NCBI RefSeq assembly: GCF_006345805.1
Contig: NC_043001.1
Span: forward strand, 35,774,001-35,838,000
Source: Octopus sinensis
Taxonomy: Eukaryota
Direction of reading: 5' to 3'
Length of the DNA: 64,000 nt
The number at the start of each line of letters is the position of its first letter. The first letter of the stretch is position 1. Positions 14,553 to 26,693 of the stretch are shown in pieces. A program made the position numbers and the translations under genes. Under the pieces are notes generated by a model. That model saw only the letters and a list, made by a program, of their open reading frames with translations, was not told the DNA's origin and did no database searches.

Positions 14553-15151
14553 TGAATAAAGACCTGATTATGGCTAATTAAGATTAGAATCACTACCTCT
14601 ATAAGTTTTCGTTCTGTGTTATCGTAGACATAGACAACACCACAGTTATTGTTTCAAACGACTATCATTTTCCATGTCTTTACAAAAGATTGTGACTTAC
14701 AAACAGCTTCTCGTGTACTTCCAATGTTCCTGTTTTTTCATAACCAGTACATATCCAAGTGTATAGTGTGCTTTAGGATAAGAATCATAAACTGAATTAA
14801 CACTGTGGAAAAAATTTATATTATCTTGTTTCTACAACACTGGCTTTTGAAAATGTCTTGTATTCTGGCAGTAAATATCTGTATATTAATCATATAACCG
14901 AAAAATGCATAATGAATGATAAATCGCTACTTTTAAGGGGAATCTCTTCAGTTACATGCGAAATATATTTTCTTAACCAATTGTTAGTGTGTTGATATTT
15001 GAGATTATCTTTAGATAAAAATAATACAGGATCTCTATGCACTATTCAGTAGAAATATTTTTGAGCTTCCAGCATTATGCTAATAAGGTAAGTGAATGGT
15101 TTCTCTCTTATTTTCCCCAAAAGTACAATCCTTTAAAAAGTAGTCAGATAA

Positions 15152-15510
15152 CTCTTTTACTCGTTTCAGTCATTTGACTGCAGCCATGCTGGCGCACCGC
15201 CTTTAGTCGAGCAAATCGACCCCAGGACTTACTCTTCGTAAGCCTAGTACTTATTCTGTCGGTCTCTTTGCCGAACTGTTAAGTTACGGGGACGTAAACA
15301 TACTAGCATCGGTTGTCAAGCGATGTTGGTGGGAGGGGGAAAAACACAGACACACAAACACACACACACATATATATATACATATATACGTATATACGAC
15401 GAGCTTCTTTGAGTTTCCGCCTACCAAATCCACTCACAAGGCCTTGGTCGGCCCGAAGCTATAATAGAAGACTCTTAGTCAAGGTGCCACGGAGTGGGAT
15501 TGAATCCGGA
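15152..15510 (-). mobile_element. SINE family A
   Basis: Collinear with 11409-11813; head truncated. Confidence 0.85.
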
Positions 15511-15572
15511 GAATTTCACAATGATTTTATGTTTGGTTCTTAATTTTAACATTGTATGCATGTATGTATGTA

Positions 15573-15619
<47 letters not shown>

Positions 15620-15664
15620 GCGTGAAGTGTGCGTGCGTACGTATGTATGTATATTTAATCCAAA

Positions 15665-15860
15665 AATGAACAAAGAGAAAACACAATAACGTGAGGACGT
15701 GGAACAAGTGTAGTCTTATTGGACGCTCAGGAAAGGAAAGAAAGAAGGAGGATTTAACGTTTCGAGCGGAGCTCTTCGTCAGAAATCTAGAAAAAAAGAA
15801 AAAGTCCAAGGAAGGGAAGACGGAGAAAGAAAATCGCCAACGATACACATGCGGTCACAT
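15665..15860 (-). mobile_element. Hammerhead-bearing short repeat, copy 1 (Penelope-like terminal repeat or non-autonomous derivative)
   Basis: Flanks homologous to 63190-63336 (CGGAGAAAGAAAATCGCCAA vs CGGAGGAAAAAAATCGCCAA) and to 19020-19190 (shared exact 12-mer TTCCTGAGCGTC). No ORF. Confidence 0.6.
15751..15787 (-). ncRNA. Minimal type-I hammerhead ribozyme motif (intact core)
   Basis: RNA: GAUUU CUGACGA A GAGC-UCC-GCUC GAAAC GUU AAAUC. 5-bp stem I, full CUGANGA/GAAA core, 4-bp stem II, palindromic ACGU in place of stem III. Confidence 0.7.
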
Positions 15861-16706
15861 ATTGAAAAATGTATGTATGTATGTATGCATGTATGTATAT
15901 GCACAGATAATGATAAAAACAACGAACACAAACAAAGAAGGCAAAAGAATTTTGGATTCTAAATATAAACTTTCATGAAACGAAAATTTTGTTTCGTTAA
16001 ATTTGTTCAAGAAATACACGACGTACTATATCTTAGTAAATTACGTCAGTGGCTAAGCGTTATATAGAGACAGAATAAAATTCAAATGAACTAAATCCAG
16101 TATCACTTATGTGCTAATATCACGTGTAATTGATTCAATGAATCGTAGCTTTATCTTCGAGAAAAAGTGTTGTGCCAATGAAAATTTAATTTTACTTTAT
16201 TTTTATTCTTATTATTGTAACGCGGCCACATCCCCGAAAACCGTTTATGCTACAGTGCTGGCAATAACATCCGTTATTTCTACCAGGCCCATTTAAATGT
16301 AATTAAGCCTTGTGGCGGTAAGACAGAGACTGTTTTTGCCAGCTATATGATGAAAACCTTACAGAGGAGAAGCAAGCATAAACCACATCGAGTAATCAGC
16401 TAAAGTAAAAGAAATCAGTTTTAAATTAAGACGTAATGTAATTATGTATAATTGGTTTCATTCACTGGACTGCTGCCATGTTGAGGTACAAACCTTCAAG
16501 GGTTTTCTGAAGACTACATCCACCCCAGCACTTAGTTTGATATCTAATTGCAAAAGGATGAAATCTAGAATCACATAGGCTCCTTATTAAACTGGGGGAA
16601 ACTGAGACGGTACTTAATACGGTGCGGTATTTTCTTTCGGCATAACGGTTCATTAATGACCTCGAAAATCAACACACACACTCTTACATATATACACATC
16701 ATATTT

Positions 16707-17140
16707 TTTTATCTTTTGTCTGTTTCAGTCATTAAACTGCGGCCATGCTGGGGCACCGTCTTCAAGTTTTAGTCGTATTAACCGACTCTTGTACATTTTT
16801 TTTTAAAACCTGGTAAATTATTCTATCGGTTTTTTTTTACCGAACCGCAAGGATATGGGGGCGTAAATGCACCGACACCGGTCAAGCGGTGGTAGAGAAC
16901 GACCACCTGGACAAAGACACACACGCAAACATATACGCACGCACACACACGCACACACACACATACACACGCATTTACACACATATATACGACGCGTTTC
17001 TTTCAGATCCTGTCGATCAAATCCACACGCAAAGCTTTACTCGGCCCGTGGCTACAGCAGAAGACACTTGACCAGTGTGTCACGCAGTGAGACTGAACCC
17101 TGAACCACATGGTTGGGAAGCAAACATCTTATTTCACAGC
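16707..17140 (-). mobile_element. SINE family A, diverged
   Basis: Collinear with other family A copies but older. Confidence 0.75.
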
Positions 17141-17443
17141 TTTACTTAAGCCTATGCACAGATCTCTCTCTCTCTCTCTCATTCTTGTACGCGTATATAT
17201 ATATATATATATACATACATGCATACATATATACATACATACATACATACATACATACATACACACACACACATCTATATCCACCTCGCTTCCGCACCGT
17301 GTCTGTTTACTAAATTTCAAACAGCACTAGCCAACTCGAGACTATATGATTAAGTCTGAGCTCGTATAATGGTAATATTATTATTTTAAATAAATAAACA
17401 CAGTAAGCGTAAAAGGAACGATCGTTTAGGAAAATGTATTTAC

Positions 17444-17573
17444 CTGTAAGATGGTTTCGGTTTTCCAGTAGCTGGGAAAACTTTCACCTCGAATTTAGAA
17501 TGAACTGGGATAACCATTGGAAAATCTGTTATGAGGCGTGGCTCAAAAAGGTCTGGTGTAAAATCTCCAAGAT
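17444..17573 (-). CDS. PTK7: PTK7-like exon C: N-terminal half of Ig4 (absent from ORF track)
   Basis: Acceptor ttcttcatttacag|AT, donor TACAG|gtaaat. 130 bp = 2 nt + 42 codons + 2 nt: (Y)LGDFTPDLFEPRLITDFPMVIPVHSKFEVKVFPATGKPKPSY(R). Phase 1 in and phase 2 out fit exons B and D exactly. LFEPR and PxxGxPxP match recalled PTK7 Ig4 (PLFEPRVF...TCLPPKGLPEP). Confidence 0.88.
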
Positions 17574-18264
17574 CTGTAAATGAAGAATTTTAATTGATTA
17601 TTCCATTCGTTTTACGTTGGAATGAAAATTTAAAAAAACATCGAACATTGTTTTTTTTTGTTTTTTGCTTTTTTCCCAAATGTCTTACTCAGAGAACGAA
17701 GTAAATCCCTCCTAACCCTTTATTTCAGAGTCGATGGGATTTATAAAATGATGAGAGAAAAGTGTATTCTGTATAGTAACCTGGCCCAACGCATTCAACA
17801 GAAGCGAGCTTGCTGCTGAAACTCCGCGAGGGTCTTTCGATTCTGTCGCCCTAATTAAATTCCTTACACCCATGCATACAAACACACTGACACGCACATA
17901 TACACTCACGCACATATATTCACACGCGCGCGCACACACACTCACACACATTCCAGCGCGCACGCACACACACAGGTACAAACAAACACAGTGTGTGAGA
18001 GATATACATAGAGAGAAATTGCGAGAGAGAGTGTCTCGACCAAATCAAAATCAAAGTTTACATGGTAGGTAATACTATCAGACCCCGTGAGTATCAACAT
18101 CCAATTTGTTTTTGTCATTTGGATTAAAACAATGCAACATTGGCACTGGTTCAGTATTACGTGTCAAAATTCAAAGGATAAAAGTGAAAGAATAAGATCT
18201 ATATTGTAATGTGATATAGTTTCACATTATACTTTTACTTTAAATTCTAATCACGACGACCACG

Positions 18265-18971
18265 ACGACGTCACATTTTGCATATGACTGTGCATCTGTG
18301 AATGTGTGTATGTGAGTGTATGAGTGTGCATATGTCTCACAGTGTGTGTGTCTTTCTGCGTTGGGTATGTTGTTAAACATATTATATGTATGTGAGGATT
18401 GGTCAGTGTCAATACGAAATTTTATTTTTATTTCGATTATTTTCATTTCACTTAAAACAGTATAACATTCCATATATATAATCTTTCTGTTGTCAGTAGG
18501 ACATTTTATACCACAATGACAACACCGCATTTTATATATGACTGTGTGTATGTAAATGTATGAGTGTGCATGTCTTACAGTGTGTGTCTTTCTGCGCTAG
18601 GTACGTTATTAAACATACACACATTTGTACTCAAACGCTACGTTATTAAGCACGTACACTCACATCTACACATACATACTCATATGCGATGACTGGCATT
18701 CGTACATGCTTGTGTGTCTATCTTACTATATGTATATGAGGACTGGCCAATGTCAATACGAAATTTTATCTTCATTTCGATTAAAACAATATAACATTTC
18801 ATAGAGATAATCTTTCAATTGTCAACAGGACATTTTATACCACAACGACAACGACATCACGTTTTGCATATGACTGTACCTGTTTGTTATTGTATGTGTG
18901 TAAGCGTAGGAGAGTGCATATGCCTCATAGAGTATATGTTTTCCGCGTTAGGTACGTTATCAAACGTACAC

Positions 18972-18975
<4 letters not shown>
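18265..18975. repeat. Degenerate tandem array, about 2.5 units of 260-330 bp
   Basis: Recurring blocks TTTTGCATATGACTGT, GTCAATACGAAATTTTAT and GGACATTTTATACCACAA. Confidence 0.8.
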
Positions 18976-19014
<39 letters not shown>

Positions 19015-19019
19015 CACTA

Positions 19020-19190
19020 TACACATTTTTTCCTCTCCTTTTTCTCTCCTTGTTTTTTCTGTACCCCTTTCTGTAGAAGAGTGTAGGCTCGAAACGTAAA
19101 ATACTTTTTCTATTCCTGAGCGTCATACTAATACATCTGTTTGTTTTGTACACCACCTGTCTTCGTCTTTTATTTTTTTCATAAAAATTT
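19020..19190 (+). mobile_element. Hammerhead-bearing short repeat, copy 2
   Basis: Same GCTCGAAACGTAAAA core; downstream TTCCTGAGCGTC is identical to copy 1. Confidence 0.55.
19067..19102 (+). ncRNA. Hammerhead-like motif with core substitution (probably inactive)
   Basis: RNA: CUUU CUGUAGA A GAGU-GUAG-GCUC GAAAC GUA AAA. A6>U in the core; stem I only 3 bp. Confidence 0.5.
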
Positions 19191-19784
19191 CCCTATATAT
19201 ATATATGTATGTATGTATGTATATATACCAACAAACCCGAAGACTGCACTAACACACCAGTTTCCTGCATGGACTTCAGTATCAAATCATATTCTTCAGT
19301 TACTCCTACCAACCATACCGTAACCCATTATGCCTTATTTTGCAAGTAATTCATTACTACATGTTCTCATGTGACTGCATATGCTCACTTTATATTTCTT
19401 ATTATATAGCCACACCAGCAACCTAATGTCAACCCTTCGCGTTCTGCAATATTTCAAATGTTCACTTTCCCATTGTCGTCTCCCATTGCAGCCCGTTTCC
19501 ATTACATGTACAATATCTATAATACATCTCCATTCATTTGATTGTCAACCACATAATGGGTCGTGTTAGACGCAGCGCTGATCGCCTCAAAGGCGAGTAT
19601 ATCCACTACAGCTTTTCGGCGGGTTCAAAAGTTATATACCACCCCATTCCCAATTTTCCATGACATGTTAGGGCCTGGAATCCTCTAAACGGACGTATTG
19701 CATGTCGCTTGGTCGAATCAGACAATCATTTATTCCACAAATGTTTTGTCGTCAATGCTGCACTTCCCCGTTTCACCTGATATA

Positions 19785-20165
19785 TACGACGGCACTCCGT
19801 CGGTTACGACGACGAGTGTTCTAGTTGATCCGACGAACGGAACAGCCTGCTCGTGAAATTAACGTGTAAGTGGCTGAGCACTCCACAGACAGGTGTACCC
19901 TTAACGTAGTTCTCGGGGAGATTCAGTGTGACACAGTGTGACAAGACTGGGCCTTTGAATTACAGGTAGAAGAAATTACAGGTAGAAGAAAAACAGGAAG
20001 AAAGAGTAAGAGAAAGTTGCGGTGAAAGAGTACAGCAGGGTTCACGACCAGCCTCTGCCGGAGAATCGTGGAGCTTTAGGTATTTTCGCTCAATAAACTC
20101 TCACAACGCCCGTTCTGGGAATCGAAACCGTGATCTTACAACATCGAGCCCGCTGCCCTAACCAC
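19785..20165 (-). mobile_element. tRNA-derived SINE family C
   Basis: Head GTGGTTAGGGCAGCGGG...GGTTTCGATTCC; 3' part shared with 61430-61600. Confidence 0.8.
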
Positions 20166-20189
20166 ATATATACACAAACTATACCATTT

Positions 20190-20221
20190 AAATCCCGAGC
20201 AACGCCGGGTATCTCTGCCAG

Positions 20222-20222
<1 letters not shown>
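20190..20222 (+). mobile_element. Helitron 3' end fragment
   Basis: CCCGAGCAACGCCGGG hairpin as in 20728-21112; CTAG degenerated to CCAG. Confidence 0.5.
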
Positions 20223-20268
<46 letters not shown>

Positions 20269-20727
20269 TGTGTGTGTGTGCGTGCGTAACTACACTCACA
20301 CAGACACACACACACGCAGACATACACATACATATATAAATATACATATATATATATATATACGCTCACAGACGTTTACAAAGAGTAGGTTTTGATATTT
20401 TTGATTAGTGGCCTACTGCCAAAATTATGAGTTAATATTTTTGAATAATGAACGACAGACTGTATAAAAGTATTCCCACCTCCTTTTCTCTCATTCTCTC
20501 TCTTTCTCTCTGCACACACACACTCACACACACTAGCATATACCTGCTTGCAGACAAACATATCGATAGATTAGTGATAACTTACTGCACTCTAATCAAT
20601 AAGTTCCATTTCGTCTAAGCAAGGAATCTAGGGAATATTGTAAATGTTCAAATTTAGTAAACAGAATTATCTACCAGCTGAAACACTGCAGCTTCAAAAT
20701 TTTTTCACTCACCTCTTTTATAAAGCA

Positions 20728-21112
20728 CTAGCAGTATCGCCCGGCGTTGCTCAGGTTTGTAAGGGAAATAACTATAAAGCATTTTTAGAGAGTTATAGCC
20801 AAAAAATAGCAAAAAAATGGAAAAAAAATGATGGTAAATTTTTTTTGAGAGTTAAAAAAGGTTGAGTTGCGTCCCCTAGACAGTCTGTGGTTTGTGTTTC
20901 TAATTCTCGACCCCATGTGGAATTTATCGATTTTTTTCAAAACTGGGGGAACTTTTCAAAATTTTCGCTGCGTTAGTTTTGAATTATGACATTGGGCTAT
21001 GTGTGTGTCAAGTTTCATCAGAATCGGTTGAAAGCCGTGGTCAGGGTGAGGGTACAAGAAAACAGACACACAGAAACACGCACAGACAAACTGCCGTTTA
21101 TATATAGAGAGA
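20728..21112 (-). mobile_element. Non-autonomous Helitron, both ends present
   Basis: Minus strand starts TCTCTCTATATATAAAC and ends with GC-rich hairpin CCTGAGCAACGCCGGG then CGATACTGCTAG; inserted between host A and T; no TSD. Confidence 0.8.
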
Positions 21113-21309
21113 TAATAAATATATATTGCTCCATCGCTTTTAACTCAATTAAAATCGATCCCTTACCTACACATAGACGTGTGCGTGTGCATGTGGATTT
21201 AATGCGTGGATTAAAATAGAGCGTTTGCAACATAAAACCACCACAGCTAACATTATTTATTGAATTTTCTTCGAGCCTGTGAGGCGATTTCATTATCCAT
21301 ACATGATAT

Positions 21310-21522
21310 TCTTTTACTCTTTTACTTGTTTCAGTCATTTGACTGCGGCCATGCTGGAGCATCGCCTTTAATCGAGAAAACTCGACCCCGGGACTTATCC
21401 TTTTGAAAGCCCAGTACTTATTCTATCGGTCTCTTTTGCCGAACCGCTAAGTAACGGGGACATAAACACACGAGCATCGGTTGTCAAGCAATGGCAGGGG
21501 GACAAACACACACACACAAACA

Positions 21523-21567
<45 letters not shown>

Positions 21568-21731
21568 GACGGGCTTCTTTCAGTTTCCGTCTACCAAATC
21601 CACTCACAAGGCCTTAGTCGGCCCGAGGCTATAGTAGAAGACACTTGCCCAAGGTGCCGCGCAGTGGGACTCAACTCGGAACCATGTGGTTGGTAAACAA
21701 GCTACTTACCACACAGCCACACATACGCCTA
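21310..21731 (-). mobile_element. SINE family A, full length
   Basis: Head TAGGCGTATGTGTGGCTGTGTGGTAAG through (AAGAGT)n tail. Confidence 0.9.
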
Positions 21732-21904
21732 TGTTCTCTTTTTTTCTACATACTGAGTAAAATAGTATCACGGGCCATAGATTACCCCAAAACCAATGAC
21801 TGTGTCGTTTCGTTTATGAGGGCGAGACTAACCAGTCTGTATGAGAAAATTCCAACGAAATAAATACTATAAGGTATTTTTCGGCATTTTCCCTGAGCGT
21901 GTTA

Positions 21905-22335
21905 TCTTTTCTACTGCTTGTTTCAGTCATTTCCCTACGACCATGCTGGAGCACCGCATTGAAGCGTTTTAGTCGAATAAATTGACCCGAGTACATATTT
22001 TATTTTAAACTTAGTACTTATTCTATCGGTGACTTTTGCCAAATTGCTAAGTAACAGAGAGTTACACACATCAACACTGGTTGTCAAGTGGTGATGAGGG
22101 ACAAACGCAGACATAAACACACACACACACACACGTACACACACACACGTACACACACACACACACACACACACCATATATATGTACGACGGATTTATTT
22201 TAGTTTCCGTCTAGTAAATCCCCTCACAAGGATGGCTTTAATCGGTCCGATGCTATAGTAGAAGAAACATTCCCAAGGTGCCACGCAGTGGAACTGAACT
22301 TGGAATTACGTGGTTGAGAAGCAAGCTTTTTTACC
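21905..22335 (-). mobile_element. SINE family A, diverged
   Basis: Collinear with family A. Confidence 0.8.
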
Positions 22336-22996
22336 ACACAGCCACACCGGTACCGTTAGTCTATTATTTTCGTCAATGATTACGTATTTCGTCATTGAAC
22401 ATCTTCGCAACACTCTTACAGATACGCACACCATTGCGTTGAGCTCAAATATCAGCTTCAGCATGATTTCTTTTATCTGGATGCCCTTCTTTATGCCGAA
22501 CACATTACAGAGCGCATTGGGTGTGATTTTCAGGATAGTAAGATTACCAAGTGATTTCCAATACAATTGAATGCCAGTTTATTTGAAAGAGAGGGAAGTT
22601 GGATTTAATCCAGGTATTGAGATGGTAATGTATAACCGAGGAATTAGCTGAATCATCTTGTTATAGGAGACACATGGCTACTTGAGGTGCTAGAGCGAAC
22701 TTTCAAGGTACAAGAAGGTTAAGTATAAGAGAGAATAAGGAGACGGTGGGATATTTCATAAGATTAAAAGAGGAGAGTAAGATAGGCTTCAGCACTGTCT
22801 CCGTAAAGTCATTTGATAAAGGTGACTAAGGTAGAAAGATGTGCAAAGCGCTACGCAGTGGGATCAAAATCGAAATACCCAAAATCGAAATACCCAGACG
22901 ATAAAGTCCCTAACGCATCGTTAAGACTAATCTTATAATACAAAGAAGAGACATGATTGGATTATAAATCCACGTCAAAATATAGTATTTACTTAC

Positions 22997-23127
22997 ATGC
23001 CATCTCTAGTTCTGCTGTAAAGACTTGTTTGGGATGATGAGCGCTGATTCCTTCACAACGGTAAATTCCTTTGTCTTCGGCTTGGACACTCGGGAAAAAG
23101 AGAGAACCATTACTAAAAACATAGTAC
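22997..23127 (-). CDS. PTK7: PTK7-like exon B: C-terminal half of Ig3
   Basis: Acceptor cttctttttttag|G, donor GCAT|gtaagt. 131 bp = 1 nt + 43 codons + 1 nt: (R)YYVFSNGSLFFPSVQAEDKGIYRCEGISAHHPKQVFTAELEMA. Has the NGSL and DxGxYxC I-set motifs; resembles recalled PTK7 Ig3 VFANGSLLLTQVRPRNAGIYRC. Confidence 0.9.
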
Positions 23128-23438
23128 CTAAAAAAAGAAGAGAGAGAAAAAAATACGTGTATTAGGATCGATGTTTTCAGTACAGAGTTCAATCATGTAC
23201 TTATAAGTATAAAATCTCTAAAACACTGAATTGTCAGGAGCATTAAACCACTGCTGAAACTTCAAACCAATAGTCACTAAAATCAGTACACACACACATA
23301 TGTATACCAATGTGCTTGTGTGTGCGTGTGTGTCTCTGTGTACCTGTGCTTCTGTGCACTCGTCTTGTCATCATATGATGACTGTAAACGAGTATTGGAC
23401 GCACCGATGATTTTGTTCGTTTCAAGTGATTTTTGCTG

Positions 23439-23498
<60 letters not shown>

Positions 23499-23670
23499 GA
23501 TTGGCCACGAGAAAATAATTCCTTTGATTTGAAAATTGCGAGGCTTGTTAAGAGGAAGCAGAAAATCTCAAAAAATACTCTCTGTCCCATTCAAGAATAG
23601 GTAAGTAGAAGTTAAACAATGATGACGATGAATATATATAGATAGAGAGAGGGGGAGATAGATATATATG

Positions 23671-23701
<31 letters not shown>

Positions 23702-24613
23702 ATTTCGCTGTTGGATTTGATTTGCCAGATTCTTTATGTGAGTCCGTGTGTTGAAACATTTTGTATTGTGTCTGGAGAGAGTCATTTTCTTTTTGTGCCT
23801 TATAATGTAACACACTCACCGGTAAAATTTCCACTTATTTCCTATTTTTATTTTCCTAAAATTTTCGTTGCGGCTTGCAACCATTTCATTAGTCTTCACT
23901 ATTTATGTATATACATGTATATACATATATATATATACGTATATAATATACACGCCAAATACATAAGTACGTGTGCGTGCTTTTCAGCGTGTGTGTCAAC
24001 GGAAAAAATACAGGCTCAGCTCAAAAGAGAATCATTCATCACAAAAAGATACATTTTTAAAGTTATTTATGGAAAAATAATTCACTCGATACATTTCGGT
24101 CACCGCTTGTTAACAGAAACGACATTTCAGCTCTTAATCTTTCTCCAAGATCCCTTTGATCAGTTGCAGCTTCAAATGTTAACATCATCAGAAACATTTT
24201 TCTCATAGAGTCCGTTGTCTTGATACCCTTGACTAACATATACTCGTGTTAACTGTTGTGTTGCCACATATTTTCATGTATTTGAAGAACTTGATTATTG
24301 TTGCCATTCTCTGTTCGTTTTATTTTCTGTTTGTCAAGTACCTATAGAGTGTCTCTATGTAATATAATCATAAGATGGTAATTTAACAGGGATTTGGAAT
24401 TCGGTAGGTTACTTATTAACACTCTCATGAAACCTACACCTGTCTAATCGCATCGAATGACTAGGAACATACCTGTACTTCATTCGACAGGTAAATCCTG
24501 AGTTCGCTTCTTTGGATTTCATACATCGTTGGACTCTCCCGTCCAAACATTCTATGAGTATTCAGCTTTTTTTCTAGCATTTTCTAATTTATAACTATCG
24601 GAATATTATGTTG

Positions 24614-25851
24614 ATAAGGAAATGAGTTTTATAATTCTAATCCAGAAACGCGTCCATAATTAACCGAAGACTGTTTGATTTCATTATTTTCCTTCTTTTT
24701 TGCCTGTGTGAGTTACAGAGAGGGTAATCTATGGAGTCATATTTTTGTAACGAAAAGAAATAACGGTCTTTTGGCTGCTATTTCTATATTTTTCGATATG
24801 TGGTTAAGCAACTTGTTGCTAAACCCTTAATTATTGTTATAATTATATATAAAACTTCTTGTATAATATTTTACCGTATATGGTTCCTTTCAATACCGAA
24901 ACTACTTGGTGAAATTTATTAATTATAAATTAATAATTTTTTACCCTATATCTATAATAATTATTTTACTCCCTGATAACAAAAAAAAAAAGCTGTGGAT
25001 CTATTTTCTGCAGTACTGTCTCGTGACGCACATGGTAAAAGATTGGAGGGAAATATGAATTTCACTCGTCTATATAAATTCAGATATACTAACTGCTTTG
25101 TGTGATGTTCTGATGTCGCTTGGTCAGAAATGCAAAGTGTAAGTCTTATAGCATTTTTTAATTTACTCTTTACTCTTTTACTCTTTTACTTGTTTCAGTC
25201 ATTTGACTGCGGCCATGCTGGAGCACCGCCTTTAGTCGAGCAAATCGACCCTGGGACTTATTCTTTGTAAGCCCAGTACTTATTCTATCGGTCTCTTTTG
25301 CCGAACCGCTAAGTTACGGGGGACAAACACAGCAAACACACTCACATACACATATATACAAATATATACATATATACGACAGGCTTCTTTCAATTTCCGT
25401 CTACCAAATCCACTCACAAGGCATTGGTCGGCCCGGGGCTATAGCAGAAGACACTTGCCCAAGATGCCACGCAGTGGGACTGAACCCGGAACCATGTGGC
25501 TGGTTAGCAAGCTACTTATCACACAGCCACTCCTGCGCCTATATAAATTCAGATATGCTAACTGCTTTGTGTGATGTTCTGATGTCGCTTGGTCAGAACT
25601 GCAAAGTGTAAGTCTTCTAGCATTTTTTTTATTTATAAGTAATTTATAAGGAAATGGGTTTTATAATTCTAATCTAGAAACGCGTCCAGAATTAACCGAA
25701 GACTGTTTGATTTCATTATTTCCCTTCTTTTTTTGCCTGTATGAGTGGCAGAGAGGGTTTATCTATGGAGTCATATTTTTGTAGCGAAAAGAAATAACGG
25801 TCTTTTGGCTGCTATTTCTAAATTGTTCGGTATGTGGTTAAGCAACTTGTT

Positions 25852-25852
<1 letters not shown>
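24614..25852. repeat. Local duplications: ~205 bp (24614-24818 / 25646-25852) and ~95 bp (25070-25165 / 25539-25635)
   Basis: Direct repeats aligned by eye. Confidence 0.9.
25162..25541 (-). mobile_element. SINE family A with internal deletion, flanked by a ~95-bp direct repeat
   Basis: Full head and tail; about 40 bp missing between G-runs. Confidence 0.9.
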
Positions 25853-25940
<88 letters not shown>

Positions 25941-25996
25941 CATACATATATATATATACATAATATATATATATACATATATATATATATACATAC

Positions 25997-26027
<31 letters not shown>

Positions 26028-26029
26028 AT

Positions 26030-26073
<44 letters not shown>

Positions 26074-26090
26074 CATACACAAAGACACAC
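25853..26090. repeat. (TA)n block
   Basis: Direct reading. Confidence 0.95.
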
Positions 26091-26236
26091 ATTAAGATAA
26101 ATGCTTCTCGTGGTTATGAGTTGAGTTAGTTCATATTTCTAGCAATACTGTTGCTTACTAGTACCCACGGTTACTTTAGTGACTTTCGGTTGTAAAACTT
26201 TTTATATACACGTATATATGATATGAATATGCGTGT

Positions 26237-26281
<45 letters not shown>

Positions 26282-26627
26282 ATACGAATGTGTGTTGTGT
26301 GTATGTGTGTGTTGTGTGTATATATGTGCATACATACATTATATTATGAGTCTTCCATTGTATCTTTCGGTAATTTACATAGCCTTTCTGGTTTGATCAG
26401 AAATATTATATGTAGTATAAGACAGCTTAACTATATATTCATTAAATTTGGCTGAAATTAATGGGTGAGCGTTAGGCCCAATCAGATGCGCAAAGAGCCG
26501 AGTAAGCGTTGATTTGTGGGTTCGATTCTGGCTAGGTTTAGCACATCACTGTTTTGTCATTTGCTTGTATTCAAAAATTGTCACTTCAAATCGGAGAATA
26601 TATATAATTGTGATACATTATTGTACA

Positions 26628-26692
<65 letters not shown>

Positions 26693-26693
<1 letters not shown>

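Noticed and set aside
22989-23192. ORF-track version of exon B (MNSVLK...ACK) and of exon A (60356-60640)
   Set aside because: The extensions are intronic polypyrimidine tract and read-through of the donor; true limits are set by the splice sites.
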